This document shows, piece after piece, positions 22,703-36,929 of a stretch of DNA of 64,000 nucleotides. The notes under the pieces were generated by a model. That model saw only the letters and a program-made list of their open reading frames with translations, was not told the origin of the DNA and searched no databases. The number at the start of each line of letters is the position of its first letter. Position 1 is the stretch's first letter. The DNA comes from Octopus bimaculoides (Eukaryota), in the NCBI RefSeq assembly GCF_001194135.2, contig NC_068994.1, positions 111,326-175,325 of the forward strand. Direction: 5' to 3'. The translations under genes were made by a program, and so were the position numbers.

Positions 22703-23559
22703 CCCGTAGAAAACATAATCACACGTAGATTCACACAGACACACAAGGGCGCGTACACAAAACCATGCACAAAATACTATTGCGCATACATACATATACA
22801 CACTAATTTGTATACACACAGCAACTTACATTTACACGCGCGCGCGCGCATTCACAATAACTTCACAAGATTAATCCCGATATTGATGAAAGAAAGACGA
22901 TAATGAATGAGATTAAAGTCAGTCTATGACGGGTAGATGTCAGGTCTGATTGGCTACCATAATGCACAAGAATTGTTTGTTCTCGTAATACGTTGTAGAA
23001 TGTTCAAATTTACGTTCAATAAAAACAGATTAGTGAAAGGGTTAGTGTGGCCAGCACCCATGACCCTTTTTTAGGGTTTCAGTGACTGTGAGAAAAAAAA
23101 AAACTCATTCGTGTCAGTAAGTGGGCTCTATTAACTCCCACCCCCGCCATTCACCCAAGGGTAGGTGGCGTTGTTTAGTCGACCACCAAACAACAGTTAC
23201 AGTCTCTCAGACGAGCTTTCGCACAGTTCCCGTTTATTAAATTCCATTCAGGAAGCTTTGTCAACACGAACCTATGGGTGAAGATACCCCACGGTACTGT
23301 AGAGAGGGCTTGAATCCGAAATCGCGTGATTTCGATACAAACTCCCTTATCACACAGCCCAAACCTGCATCTATGTTTAATGTAGGCAGTTTCTTCAAAG
23401 AGATAATTTACCACAATTTTTATATTTATTTAAAGAGACAGTTGATGAAATAAGTTTAATTTAATAAGTTAATAAATTGTTGGAGGTGGTGAACAGTGTT
23501 TTGCTTCAATGTTATATTGTGTTGTAGAGAATTGCAGGCAATATTTAACCAACAGAAGC

Positions 23560-23745
23560 CATTGGCGAGCTGAATCGTTAGCACGCCGGGCAAAGTACCT
23601 ACCGGCATGTCGTCTGTCTTTACGCTCTTTGGCTTTCATCCTTTCGGGATCGATAAAATAAGTACCAGTTGGGTACTGGGGTCGATGCAATGGATTTAAC
23701 TCCTCACCGAAATTGCTGGCCTTGTGCCAAACTTTGAAATCAATA
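23560..23745 (+). mobile_element. SINE family B copy
   Basis: ggcgagctgaatcgttagcacgccggg..atcgataaaataagtaccag..ggccttgtgcc. Confidence 0.88.
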
Positions 23746-25388
23746 TCTACCCAACACTGTATGTATAAACAGAGGTCAACATCTAAAATACACTGCATTA
23801 ACACGTGTGTGTTTGCGTGTGTTCTATTACTACTTAAGTATTTTACTGGTTTCAATTATTGTCCTGCGGTCATGATGGGATACTGCCTTCAAGAGCCGAT
23901 CATATCGATTTCAGCCTGATAATTCTATCAATCTGTATTTATGGAATAGCTAAGTTATCTGCATTGGCATATATCAAATTTTCCATCGGAATGCATTAAT
24001 ACAGATACACACACACATAACATCGACATCCCCCACCCCCAATGTGCGTGTGTGAATGTGTGTTTATCATTTAAATTGCGCTTAATACCCTAACCCATAA
24101 CACAGTTCATGACAACGACCCAGCCACAGTGATGTGAGCCATGAAAGTGAAAAGATTACAAATAATAATTAGGGCACGAGCTATAATAAAAAGAAATACG
24201 AACAAACGCATAGAAACCATACAAGAATGCACAGCATTAGACGCAGTTAAAAAAAAAAAAAACCTCAATTAGGTACAACCAACATTCTATACGAATCGTT
24301 TTCAGTTCAGTAACAGCACCAAATAGTACCGTTTGCAGACACTGGAAGGAATGGTGTGTTTGGCAACATTGCAGACCTCAAAGAGCAAAGAATGGTGTTG
24401 TGTCTTTGATGCAAGAATGAAAAATAAATAAAATTACAAAGGACAATTACACATCGGTGGTGGTGGTGAGGGTTTGCAATCTATGTTGTCAACACTGGAT
24501 TGATTGAAGTCGAAATGAGTAAAAGCTGTGATTTACAAAATTATGATGTTTTAAAAGGAGATCGAAGAAGTTGTGGTGTTCATGTCATATCCTAGTGATG
24601 TAAGCGCAGTGAAATGATTTATATTGCATCCGAAATTGCTTCGCAGCGAAAATATATTTCTCTGTGAAAAGTGCAAGCATCATTTTAACAATAACTGCAG
24701 GGAAAAATTTAAAAAAACAACACAAACATGATAAAAGCAGAAAATATTTCTGAAATCAGGTGTTTTTAATCAGTATAAGCAAGCGTACCCTTTCTCTCGC
24801 TATCTATCTATCTTTCACACACACACACACACACACACACTTCAGCACCCAGCAAGCCCTTTAGTAGCGGCGGCTGTATGATTTAAATGTTGCCCTTCAC
24901 ACCCCGTTACTTTTCTCTTTTCTCTTTTTTTTTTTTTTTTACTCCACCCGTTTACAATCGCTTGCTTTGGAGGCTCAGTACACATCTTGATAGCATCAGT
25001 TGATGAAGCGGAACTCGGAAAAAAATTAAAGAAAAAAGACATACAGGGTGAGGGTGGATACATTATTAAGGAGAATGAAATAGGGCTTACACTGGGGGGT
25101 GGGGGAAATAATAGTTATGAGATAGACATCAGTGAAATAGGGGTCGTCTTTTCAGTAAATACTAAGATAAAAACAATGATTAGAAGTTTGTCATCAGTTT
25201 CAAGCTTCGTACAAATTGTAAGGTTTATGGTATGTCGGGTATGTTTGTGGGTATTGTATGTGTGCATGCGAGTGGATATGAATATATGTATATGTGCGCA
25301 TATGTATACATGCGAGTACGTGTGTGTGTGTATGTATATATTGAATGCATGTGTCAATATATTTGTATGTGTATGTATTTGTGTAACT

Positions 25389-25434
<46 letters not shown>

Positions 25435-25444
25435 NNNNNNNNNN

Positions 25445-25491
<47 letters not shown>

Positions 25492-25733
25492 AATTCCAAC
25501 CACGTTTCGTGGTTCGCTACCTCAGCAGTTCCTTTATAGGATTTAGCGGCTAAAGACATCATCAGGAATGTCAGCGGGCGAATGACCATCCTGCCAAATT
25601 TCCCATGACCACCCTGCCAAATTTCCCTTCAAATACTCGCCGGTAGGCTCCACCAGCCAGCACCAGCTGTCACGTGACACTATCTAAGCTTCAACTGACC
25701 AATGGAGGGGAAGGACGCACAGAGCTATACGTA

Positions 25734-25772
<39 letters not shown>

Positions 25773-28056
25773 ATACGTATAGTTATATTCTACAGATTTA
25801 ATGTTTTAGCAAAGGAAATTCGCTTTCACTAATTTCAAACAAGCTATTGAATTAGCAAGAAGTTTCCCTGTTAAAGCATTAAATTGTTAGATAAAACTAT
25901 TTTATTTACAGTTATCTCGTATTGAGTTCTTTTTCGATTTTTAGTTTCTTTGACCTTTCGTGTGTGTGTGTGTGTGTGCGCGCGCATCTTTTGGTAAATA
26001 TCGAACGGGAGAAGTATTCAATACAAAAATACAGAGAAATAGTTTATCCAGGTCACCCCGTTCGTCGCCTGTTATTCTGGAGTTTCCCTGACAATACGAG
26101 CACTAGACGACGGGTTTCGATACATCAAGGGTGCGGGAAGAGAAACTAGGACACACACACACAAACAATTAATTAGAGAATATTTTACAAGATTCTTGAT
26201 GGGAATCGATTTATTGAAACGCATTTTGGGGTAGGGGTCAGTTTAGGGGAGTCGTTATGCCAATAAAATGTCAACCAAATTTCTGATAAAATATCAAATG
26301 AGAAATAACGTATAATTTGTTGTTGTTGTTTTGGTTACTGCTGTTGCTAGAGACTATAGTGTTGCTAAGCCCCAGAACAGTCCTTCGATCAAAGGCATTC
26401 CAGCCATGACCATCCTCCTAGTCTATAACTCTCCAACTACATTAACTGTTGTTATTTATAATATTGAGGGAGATATAGTTGCTACTTCTAGCGGGTCAAG
26501 CTACTTTTAGCTGCTTCTTTGTTGTCGTTGCTGTTTAGTTCCAAGTTATGAAGATCTTCCACCAGTAATTACCACGTCTGTTTTCCAGGGTTTCCTTCTT
26601 TATTTTATATGGTATGAAACGATTTGAGGGAGATTTGGTTGCTCTCTCATTGACCCGTGTGACTGTGTGTGTGTGTGTGAGACAGAGAGACAGAGAGAGA
26701 AGAAAGAGACAGAGCATTTGTTGTTGCTGTTACGGCTGCAGTTAATATTGTTACTGTTGTTGTAGCTGCTGCTGCTATTGTTGCTGCTGGTGGTGGTGGC
26801 TGTGATGTTGGTGATTGTAGTAGACATGGCGGTGGTAGTGGTGATGGTGCAATACCTTCAACTGATGCTGATGCAACTTAGAAATTAAATAAATAAATAA
26901 ATAAATAAATCTCCAAAACATTTTAATTTTATTGTTTCGTTTATTTTTACTTTTGTTTTTATTTGCGTGAGTTAGCGAGGGTGGTAGGACACGGATGGAA
27001 AGCTTAAATGGAAGATTACGGAGCCGAGAACGAGAAGAAAACACCGAGACCGGTGCGTGAGGGAAGAGGCTGAGAGATTCTGAAAGTGAATTGAATTGTG
27101 AGTCACACATGAAATTGTTGCAATATCTCTCTGTCTGCAAGACACAAGCAATGTTATATTAATCTTGTCACGTCGAATGATCAGCCAGGACGGAACCAAC
27201 GATTAGCTGAAGGCCGGTTCAATGTTTCCTTCTGTTAAACACATCTCTGTCTTTCTTCAACCCAGCACGACTTTGTCCAGGCGAAATTTTCCAAAGCAGC
27301 GCATTAGAGTCCGCTAGACTGCAGCGACCATACAAACCATTCCAGTCACGTATAATTAAGTCGGCAGAGGTCCCTGCAGACTGCCTGCATTTTTGCATGT
27401 ATCTATGTGTTAATAAGGGCTGCCGTTACGTGTGTGTGTGTGTGTGTGTGGTTGTATGTATAATTATATCAATGCATTAGTGTGGTTATATCAATGTGTG
27501 TGTTTATATATTTATAAGTGCATATATAACATACACATGCATGTATACACATATATAATATATAGATGCTTGCAGATGGATATGATATAAGCACAGACGT
27601 ATGTCTGTGTGTGTATATATATGTGTGTACATATATATATATGTGTGTGTATATGCATATATGTGTATATATATGTGTGTATACACACACACACGCACGC
27701 ATATCTGTACATTTTGCATAAACGCATGTACATGTATATATGTATTTGTGTATATATAAAGTAATAAGTTAGTTTACGTCCCATTAAAAAAAAATGAGAA
27801 ATAATTTCTTTCAGCGAATGTTGCCAGTGTCTATATATCATTTACAAGAAGAGGGACAACAGACACTTGGAAGTTTCAGCCTCTAAGCCTTTATCGGATT
27901 CACCTATGAAGGCTAGCAAGCTGAAACTTCGGAGTCACTGTCACTTCTCTTCTTGTAAAATTTTTATAAATATGTCCTCTACTAAAAAGTATTGAGTACA
28001 TCTTCAGTTGAATTTAAAATTGTTTTTATATATAACTTGATATAAAAAAAACATTA

Positions 28057-28109
<53 letters not shown>

Positions 28110-28229
28110 ACGCAAGAATACATGCATGCCTACATACATACATGCATTACATATATACTTACACACATATCTATAAGCATCAATATTTGTCTGTTTTGAA
28201 ACAACCTCACTATTTCTCAACGAATCTGT

Positions 28230-28745
28230 TTTACAAGACTCAAAGATGAGATTGAAAGATTCTTGATTACAGCACAGGATCAAAAGCTTCCCACCAGAGA
28301 CCGCCAGAAGAATGTGATGGAGCTGAATATTGTAATTACAGAAAGTGTGTACAATGGCAAGAAACAAGGTACCACATCAGCTCTGACTGCCCTGTCCTAT
28401 TTAAGAAAGAGTGCAGCTACGGATAAGACAAAGTCGGTTGATTCGCTGGATGATATGAAAATATCAACAGAAAAGCAATCATATCGTTTGATAAGCTACT
28501 AAATGTAAATAGATAAATCAAAGTTAATCAGTTGGGTATTAATTGGGAAGTACCACCAGAAAATAAAGCACACCCTTATCGAAGTAGCAGTCAAAATAGA
28601 TAATGTGTTTCTAACAGAAATAGGGAAATCATCAAATAAAAATCTTGAAATAAGGCTAACAGGAATGCAAGGATTGCAGACGAAAACAATCCCTATAAGA
28701 ATGAATGCCTCAGGAATAATTTTTAAACATGATGCAAACATACAA
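28230..28745 (+). mobile_element. R4/Dong-clade LINE relic
   Basis: EIERFLITAQDQKLPTRDRQK resembles the E(G)FLIAAQDQSLPTR motif upstream of the CCHC finger, and is followed by decayed RLE-region similarity. Confidence 0.6.
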
Positions 28746-30107
28746 CCTTATTAATTATGATATACACAACATAGAAAGCATTGCACACACACATCCCGTT
28801 GAACACAACAGGACTCCCATTACACACATAACATACGGGAAAACAGTACCACTTGGTACGGCAGGCGCATTTCGTAGAGTACATTTGATACTATAGAGTA
28901 CAACAGAATAGATAAAATACTCCAGAAAACACGAAACCCAAACCAAACACAGCACAAAACCAAGACAGAGATGTAAAGTGTAAGAAGGCGAGAAGAAGAA
29001 GAAGGTGATGATAGGAAAAGAGAAAAAGAAAAAGAGGAGAAAGGGGATGGTTTCTCTTGGAGATCGATTCCAATTTTGTGAATTTAACTGTGAGTTTAAA
29101 AAAAAAAGCTAAGCTTAAATTATACACCTAAACATTCTTAAATGCATTCGTACATACAAATATATATTTGTGATTGCAGTAGTAAGTGACAGTATGTAAT
29201 TTAGGAAGATATCTCAGTTGTTGTTGTTCTCTAGCAATAAATCTTTATTCTGTCATTTACGTTCAGTATAATTATCGATACATCACATTCCGAATATTGT
29301 GATGCGAAGAGAAGGAAAGCTAAGTGTTCTACATGAACAAGAGAAACGTCTAGAGTAATACCGATCATATTCACATCAAAGGTGTTCGAGAACTATGACA
29401 AAAAAAAAATGATTTATAAAAGTGGTATTAAATGCCGATTTGGTTTCATAATATGAAAGAAATTGTAGGTTTGTGAAAAGAGTGTGTAGCGTATAAAAGC
29501 AACGTTACCTGCCGGAAATATTAAAAGAAACTCTAGTTTCCTTTACAAGAACAGAATACTGAAGACATAATTCCAAAGAAAAATATCCAGCGAATTTATG
29601 AACCATACAGTGGATATTTAAAATTGTGTAGGTCAGTTGTCCAGCAAGTGGGAAGAATGAGAGCGAAAGATTTGAGTAGTTGACTTTAGAGTAACATACA
29701 CATCGGGAAGACTGAAATAATGATCTCAGAGTCCCCAATTAGTGCAGATCACAATATGAACCACACGAAAAACTTTAGGTATAAGAAATAATCCGATTTA
29801 GCAACACACGTTTACAACATATTCTACACAATCCTAATATAATATGTAAAACCTAGAAGATGACGTATTCTATAATTAAACATGTTTAGTTATTGACTAG
29901 GTCATCTTCTAGATTTTACCTTGCCTGTTTAGACATAACATTTTGCCTAAAGATGGTGGATTTATGTTATGGTGTAAATTACGAATGCATCAATGAAATG
30001 CTACCGAAACAGCTGTAATAATTTTTAAACTCCATTTGTGCTCATTTATAGCCACGCCTCACCTGGAGCCAACACCGAGTCTGATATATGGTTTATTTTG
30101 CATTTGG

Positions 30108-30139
<32 letters not shown>

Positions 30140-30149
30140 NNNNNNNNNN

Positions 30150-30195
<46 letters not shown>

Positions 30196-30789
30196 CCTGC
30201 TGTACACTACCAACAAATGACACTTAATGGTTGTTTCACCCTACTAAGAACCTAGTATTATGGTACTTAGTTCTGGCGTCCCGTGTGTTGATGCGCCGAG
30301 AATCTAATGAATCCTGTAATCAACTTGTGTATGTATGTATGTATGTATGTATGCATGTGTGTATGTGTGTGTGTGGGTGCGTGCGTGCGTGTGTATGTAT
30401 GTATGTGTGTATGTATGTCTCTTTTGTATTTAATCATTCAAATCTTCCTCTGAAGAAGGAGCTGGTTTCTAACCAAAGATACAAAGCTCCATCTTTGGAA
30501 TGTAGATAATGAAAACAATGTCATGTTTTAAACCCGAGGAAAGACTTGCATTGTTTTACTATTCCACTTACAGATTGTATTTGTAATGTGTGATTAATCA
30601 GTTGGTTGATTTCTTTTTCTGAAAAGCAAAGTTTATCCAGACTAACAGTTAGGCATTTATTAACCAAACTAAGTGCTCCAATTATCATTGGTATAAATGT
30701 AAATTTTTAATCGAAATTTTAGAAGCTGGAAGTTTCGAAGTAATTGTCTACACTTATCTTATTTCCCTTTGATTTTCAAAGGCATTCAC

Positions 30790-31490
30790 ATCAACAGAAC
30801 AGCTGATCTATTTCGGTACATACTTTTTCTTGAGTACCCCAAACAACAATATCCGGCCTCTTATGTTTACACAAGACAGATGTTTTGAAGGGAATGTTCC
30901 ACCAGTATTCTTTGAGTAAGTATTCAATAACAGGAGAATTCTCTATATTTATTCCAAGACAGTCTTTTTTTTTTCCGAACGGCATTGCGTGTTGTTTTTG
31001 CGACAACGTCATGTGGCATAGAGTAGTAGAACCTTGGTGAAATGTTTGAGCAGCTGCTAATCACATGTGTGATGTCTTCCACAGAAATATGGAATAATTT
31101 ACATTTATGATAGCATCTAGGAACTCCAATTGCTTCACTGTCTCTTTTGTTGATTAAGTATTTAGTAGCAATCTCCTGTTCTTGCATTGCAAAAGCGTAG
31201 CCTTCGAAATGTGATGTAGCGGTCACGAGTCCAAAAGGGATTTCGCTTCATGTCAATATTATTATCTTCAAGTCTACGAGAAACATACCCATGCATGTTC
31301 TTTTTGACTTCTTCTTCTTCTTTGTATGCCGAGCGTTTCACTTCCATGTCTTCTTTGAAGTTTGCTTGTCCGGCTGATTTGGGGTTGTATAGGAGGTCAC
31401 GAGAAAGAGAGTGCTTCTTGTGGAGCTCACTTCCAGCATGAAGGATATTGTTTTCTTCTCTTTTCAGGCTGAATGTGAGGCGGCTGTCAT
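30790..31490 (-). mobile_element. R4/Dong-clade LINE relic (CCHC finger plus RLE start)
   Basis: FEGYAFAMQEQEIATKY, CKLFHISVEDITHVISSC (CCHC knuckle), HDVVAK and HKRPDIVVW..VCTEID (PD..D nuclease motif). Confidence 0.85.
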
Positions 31491-32357
31491 CTGACAAAAT
31501 GAGGGAATCATCCTCATGTGTATGCGTGTGCGTGCGTGCGTGTGTGCATGCATGTGTGTGCGTGCGTGCATGTAAAATCTGAGAGTGGAAGAGGAGGAGA
31601 CAGAAAGATTTTTTTTCCCCTTATCTTCTTTATTGGGACAAATATTAACTTCTGGGGAGGAAGTGAATAAGATCCGAAACGGATGAATCCCCAATAAAGT
31701 GAATAGTGAAATAGAAATAACCTTAATATTAAATAATCTCTGAACGGTGATCTTAGTTTTATAACGGAGTTTATTTGTTTACATGTTTTATGTATGTGTG
31801 AGTGTATATAGATATGTGTGTGTGTGTGTGAGTGTGTATGTCTGCGTGTGTGTGAGTGGTGAATGTGTATACATGCGTGTGTTGACAGAGTTTTGGGTGG
31901 GGGAGAGAAAAGGTAATACATCGATTCTTGAACAGCTATGAAGGACCCCGAAATATAGTCCCTTTTCACGATTGTTTGTTAGTGGGGTGGGGGTAGAAGA
32001 TATGGAGGTGGTGAAAGAGGTGAGGCTAGAGAGGAAAAAGAGAGAGGGTTTGTAGAGAAAGGGGAGATAACAATAGACGAAAATGGGGGAGGGAGGAGGG
32101 AGAATTAAATTGTCGTGATGATGATGATGATGATGATGAGTAGGAGAAAGAGGAAGAGTTCTCAGCAAATAAACTCCCACCTACGATCTCTGATAGTGAA
32201 ACCCCTGCAACAGACCCTAGTTTCCTCCCCAGATTCCTTCAGTGCAGTGAAGAGGTTTTGTTAATTCACTGTTGCTGCCGTTTGTTTACAACATACACTT
32301 AATAAACGATGAGAAAATAAAGACAGAGGAGCAAGCTGTGTTGGTTTCAACACATTG

Positions 32358-32371
32358 CCACCAGATGGCAG
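32358..32371 (+). promoter_or_regulatory. CTCF consensus site CCACCAGATGGCAG
   Basis: 14/14 match to the CCASYAGRKGGCRS core, in non-repeat sequence. Confidence 0.45.
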
Positions 32372-32736
32372 GTTGAACGGAAGTAAAGAAAAGAGGGGAA
32401 AAGAAGTAATTGAAAAGGGAGTTCATGTCTGACTCTGCATCTTGTTCGATTTGGAAAAGAGAAAAGAAAGCAGAAATTGTCGGAGGATCGTGTAAACATG
32501 AAAATAAACATGGCGTTCTTACCTGGTTCCATCATATGACCATCCAAAAAGACACGCTGTTGTTTGCAGATTGTATTTCACTACCTCTCCACCTTATCTC
32601 TACCGTTCTCTGGTGGTTCGATTGCTCATCTCTCTCTCTTTATTTTCGTATCAATCTTCCCGCCTACCTATGACCTAGCTACTATAATCCTAAATTTACC
32701 ACCATATACATACATACATACATACGCACGCGCACG

Positions 32737-32773
<37 letters not shown>

Positions 32774-33103
32774 NNNNNNNNNNATTTCTACTAATTGCCA
32801 ACTTATAAGTGGATGTTTCGCATTGCGTTTTTTTACAAATGAAACATTGGCCCTGTTGGAGCCATTTCCATACTTAATCATTATATTTTGTAGCAGGGGT
32901 TCTGAATGAGAGGGAAAGGTGCGAGACGACCACCAAAATTGGTCGTGCAAAAGTTTTCGGCTACTTCACATAAACCAGTCAAGAGACAGTGTTTTAAAAC
33001 AGTAAAATGTCTATAATTTGAACTCAGAACGTAAAAACGGATGAAATGCTGCTAAGCATTTTTCCCGACGTGTTAACGATTCTGCCAGCTTGCCGTAGAA
33101 TAA

Positions 33104-33159
<56 letters not shown>

Positions 33160-33654
33160 ACACTGAGTTGATTGTTTCGCTTTGGTTGTCCATTTTTTAT
33201 AAACCTACTGCACACACACACGCACACACACCTTCACCACCACCATCCAGAAGTGAAGATGTGAGTGTGAAGAGACAGACAGACAGTCAGACAGAGATAA
33301 AAGAAAAGCACAATGGCTGAGACGAAAACATAATGGTATACTTGCACGTGAGCATTAGTTAAAGAACATTATTATTATCATTATTATTATTATTACTATT
33401 ATTTTATAAAGATTGACGTAACTCTTCACGAATATTTTTATTCCATCTAAAGGCTACAATAGGTGGTTGAGGGAATATTTGTTTGAAACGAGGATATTTT
33501 TCTGAAATATGCAGCTAACTTTTATGTATCACTTTTGAAATGCCAGCGAAATTTCGGTGCCAGTTAATCACTAAAGGAATTTTATCAGAAATTTTACTTT
33601 GGTTACCAAAATCATGCGTGGAAGTTTTACTTTCTTTGCTAATTTTAGTTATGT

Positions 33655-34300
33655 CGTTTGCGATTTGACATAATGGTGTTTCCAGTAATCTCCTATATCA
33701 GTAAAAATCCGTTTTATCCTAAAAAGTTGGGATTTCGGATTTGACCGAATTATATGATGCAGATGATCGGAGCGGCGGTGGAGGTAAATGTGGGATGGCG
33801 TGGGCTTGCAAAATAACTCCGTCACTATTCTGCCTCCAGAAAACTTTAATTTTTGTGTCCAAAAACTCAACTCTAGTTTTTGAAAAACTAAGCGTAAATT
33901 TTATATTGGACTTAAAAGCCATAGTTTTTAGCGTAACAGTCACAGAACTATAAGAAGTTAATGAAACTGTCCTGTGATCCTTCCCAGTTAAAAAAGACTC
34001 CATCAGTGAACTGTAACCAGAGTATTTGTTCATGACTATACAGGGATTTGAATGTCTTCATTAATAGTGTCTCGGATTTCGTCACAAAGACATTAGCGAA
34101 ATTAACTGTCATGGAGGTACCCATGGGGCAGCCCCACGTCTGGTTACCTTGTAACACAAACTCCAATAACTTACAGAGAAAATTAGATGGAATACTTTGA
34201 TCGTTTTTCGAAGGCATTTGGATGGGCAGGCAATTTTTCATATAAAGTTTTGTGACTTAAAACTTCTTTAAAAAACCGTAATATATCCACTCTTGTCCAA
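33655..34300 (-). mobile_element. Penelope-like element, reverse-transcriptase relic
   Basis: Reads WGCPMGTSMTVNFANVFV (GTAMG..ANLFM), WLQFTDGVFFNW (RYIDD), IKFTLSFSKTRVEFLDTKI and KPT..H.YLH..S.H (PLE thumb). Confidence 0.85.
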
Positions 34301-36086
34301 AATTACAATAGCGCCTTCTTTACCCACCATTTTAATAACAATAGAATTATTATTAGCTAGACGACGGAGTGAGTAACGCTGGGAATTTGTGAGCTTATTC
34401 CAGGACTTCTTTCCATTTGTTTTAAGGCTTTCCCTAATGCCTGAAAATCTTACCTCAAATATACCAATGTGTGCATTACAACCTGACGATTTATTACTTC
34501 AAAAGTCTAAATCGATTGGTGAGAGCAATTCATTTCACACAATGGAAGTTATTATTCAACACTATAGTTCAAAATTAATATCACTTGGTGCAGACATTAA
34601 AAAGAATTTGAGTAATCTTGATTGAACAGGTTCTTCTAAAAATCGTTTCAGTTATTTCTGTAATCGAGCCTTGTGCCTAAAGTAGAAAAGATTTTTCTTT
34701 TGAGAGCAGTGCCGATCAGATATATGTGCCTGCTGTTTGACTCTGTAGCGATGACATCGTCAGTGTGGGAAACCGACACAGTCTCCCACGACCTAGTTCG
34801 CGCAGGATGTCCACCCTCCACATCAGTGACTTTAGAGTCAGTGCATACAGAAGAGACGAGAGTGGACAAGCCTAAAATATGTTTTAAACACCGCAGTACA
34901 TCAAAAATGTTAAATATATTTTCACAATGGGAAGTGTTTAAAACTAAAGGGCGCAGAACGTGAAAAATTAGTCCGTCAGTTACTGCTATTAATATCAGGG
35001 CAGTGGATTGGCGGAATCATCGGAACGTCGAACAAAATGCCCTGCTTTATTTGTTATGGCTCTAAGCGTTCTAAGTTACATCCCACCGAGATTAACTATG
35101 CCTTTCTTCCCCACGGATACGATAAAATAAAGTGACAGTCAAATACTACGGGCGATATAATTGACTGATCTCTTCTAAATTTGAGGCCTTGTATCTGATT
35201 AGAGGTCATTATTAACATAATTTGTAGAGCAATAAGAATAGCACTCGGAACGAATAGGATTAACGGCGGGTATTTCTGCTTGCGATAAGCTCAGACACAA
35301 TTTAACTGGGAAGTATGAAGGAGGAGTGGGAGGAGGAGGAGGAGGAAAAGATCAAATTAACGAATATTTGTCGAAAGCAACAAATAACAAATAACAGATG
35401 TTAAGGAAGATATCCTGAGAGAATTAATTAAACTCTAACATTGCAATGTATGAGACAGAAATCGACTTTTAAATTAATAAATTGTTAATAAGCTTTTAAC
35501 AGAAATGAAAATACATGATACAACATTCGCAGATCTAATTATTGCTGAAGACAATTTCATTAAATAAACTAATATTCTACGACATAGGCTGGTCAAGAAA
35601 ATATAGTTATAAGAAGACTAGAAACCGCGGCCCGACTAACAATAGTCAGGTTTGAAAATTATAAATCTAGGAGAAACCTTGTAATATAGAAAACATATTT
35701 GTGAACTGTGGAAATACGAATTTAGCTGAGAAATATAAGAAATGCAAGTAGAGAGAATAAAACAAACTTTTTATAATGAAATCAGATTTAATTCTGTAAA
35801 TAAATGTAAAATATTCTTAAAGAGATGTAATAACATTAAGTCAGGATCCTCAGAAGAGATGCTATTTTAGTAGAAACACTTACAGAATAAGCTTCCAATA
35901 AATAGATCGGTAGGGTTGTAGAACAATGTTCTGTAAATATTTTGCAAGATTACGGTGTTTTGATAATGAAGTATTATTGATATAGCCCTTTCTCAAAATT
36001 ATTTCATGCAACAGAAATTAAATTTTCACCTCCCATTGGATGGAGTACTTTCTTGTTGATCCCACAAATAACAGAACAGTACACTG

Positions 36087-36195
<109 letters not shown>

Positions 36196-36329
36196 AGCAA
36201 CATATATTTGCCAACTAAGTGTGGCGTCCTATACAGGGCAGGGCTATTGATGTTTTTAGCTCCAGGTAGACATCTCCAGCTGGCTAACGACACACATTGT
36301 GTCCGATTAGTATTTGCGAGGGGAGGTAA

Positions 36330-36433
36330 TCGCTCCCATCTCTAGCCTTACGTGATACGCACGGGCTGAAGTTTCTGGGTGGTTACCCGTCCTCGAGTTT
36401 GGGTGTATCATATAAGGCTAGAGATGGGAGCGA
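36330..36433 (+). ncRNA. Long hairpin candidate (pre-miRNA-like or ADAR substrate)
   Basis: Perfect 21-bp stem TCGCTCCCATCTCTAGCCTTA / TAAGGCTAGAGATGGGAGCGA, extending to about 42 bp with five G.U pairs. Confidence 0.45.
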
Positions 36434-36524
36434 CGTATGGTGAGATGGATGGACAGAGAGGCAAAGGTAGACAGACAAACTGACTGACTGACAGTCAGAA
36501 GGATAGACAGAAAGGCAATCAAAA

Positions 36525-36555
<31 letters not shown>

Positions 36556-36706
36556 GAGAGAAATAGAAAGATGACCACAGACAGACAGATTGATTGATAA
36601 ACAGAGATATAAATGGATGGATTGACAAACGGACAGACAGACAAAATGGCAGACAGGTAAACAGAAAGGCAGACAGACAGAAAGGCAGGCAGGCAGGCAA
36701 GAAGAG

Positions 36707-36742
<36 letters not shown>

Positions 36743-36898
36743 GGATATTTGCACAGCAACAGATTTGCAAAGATACACAAAGTAATTGTTGCATTTTTAA
36801 TATATAAATTGTGAAGAAAAAAGATGGAAAATCAGGCCGAGGAGAGAAAGCCACGAGGAAAGAGAGAGAGAGAAGGCCTAGGCCTGAGAGTATGAAGA

Positions 36899-36929
<31 letters not shown>

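Noticed and set aside
26539-26611. Possible + exon PSYEDLPPVITTSVFQGFLLYFI
   Set aside because: The acceptor derives from the end of a repeat, and no partner exon or homology was recognised.
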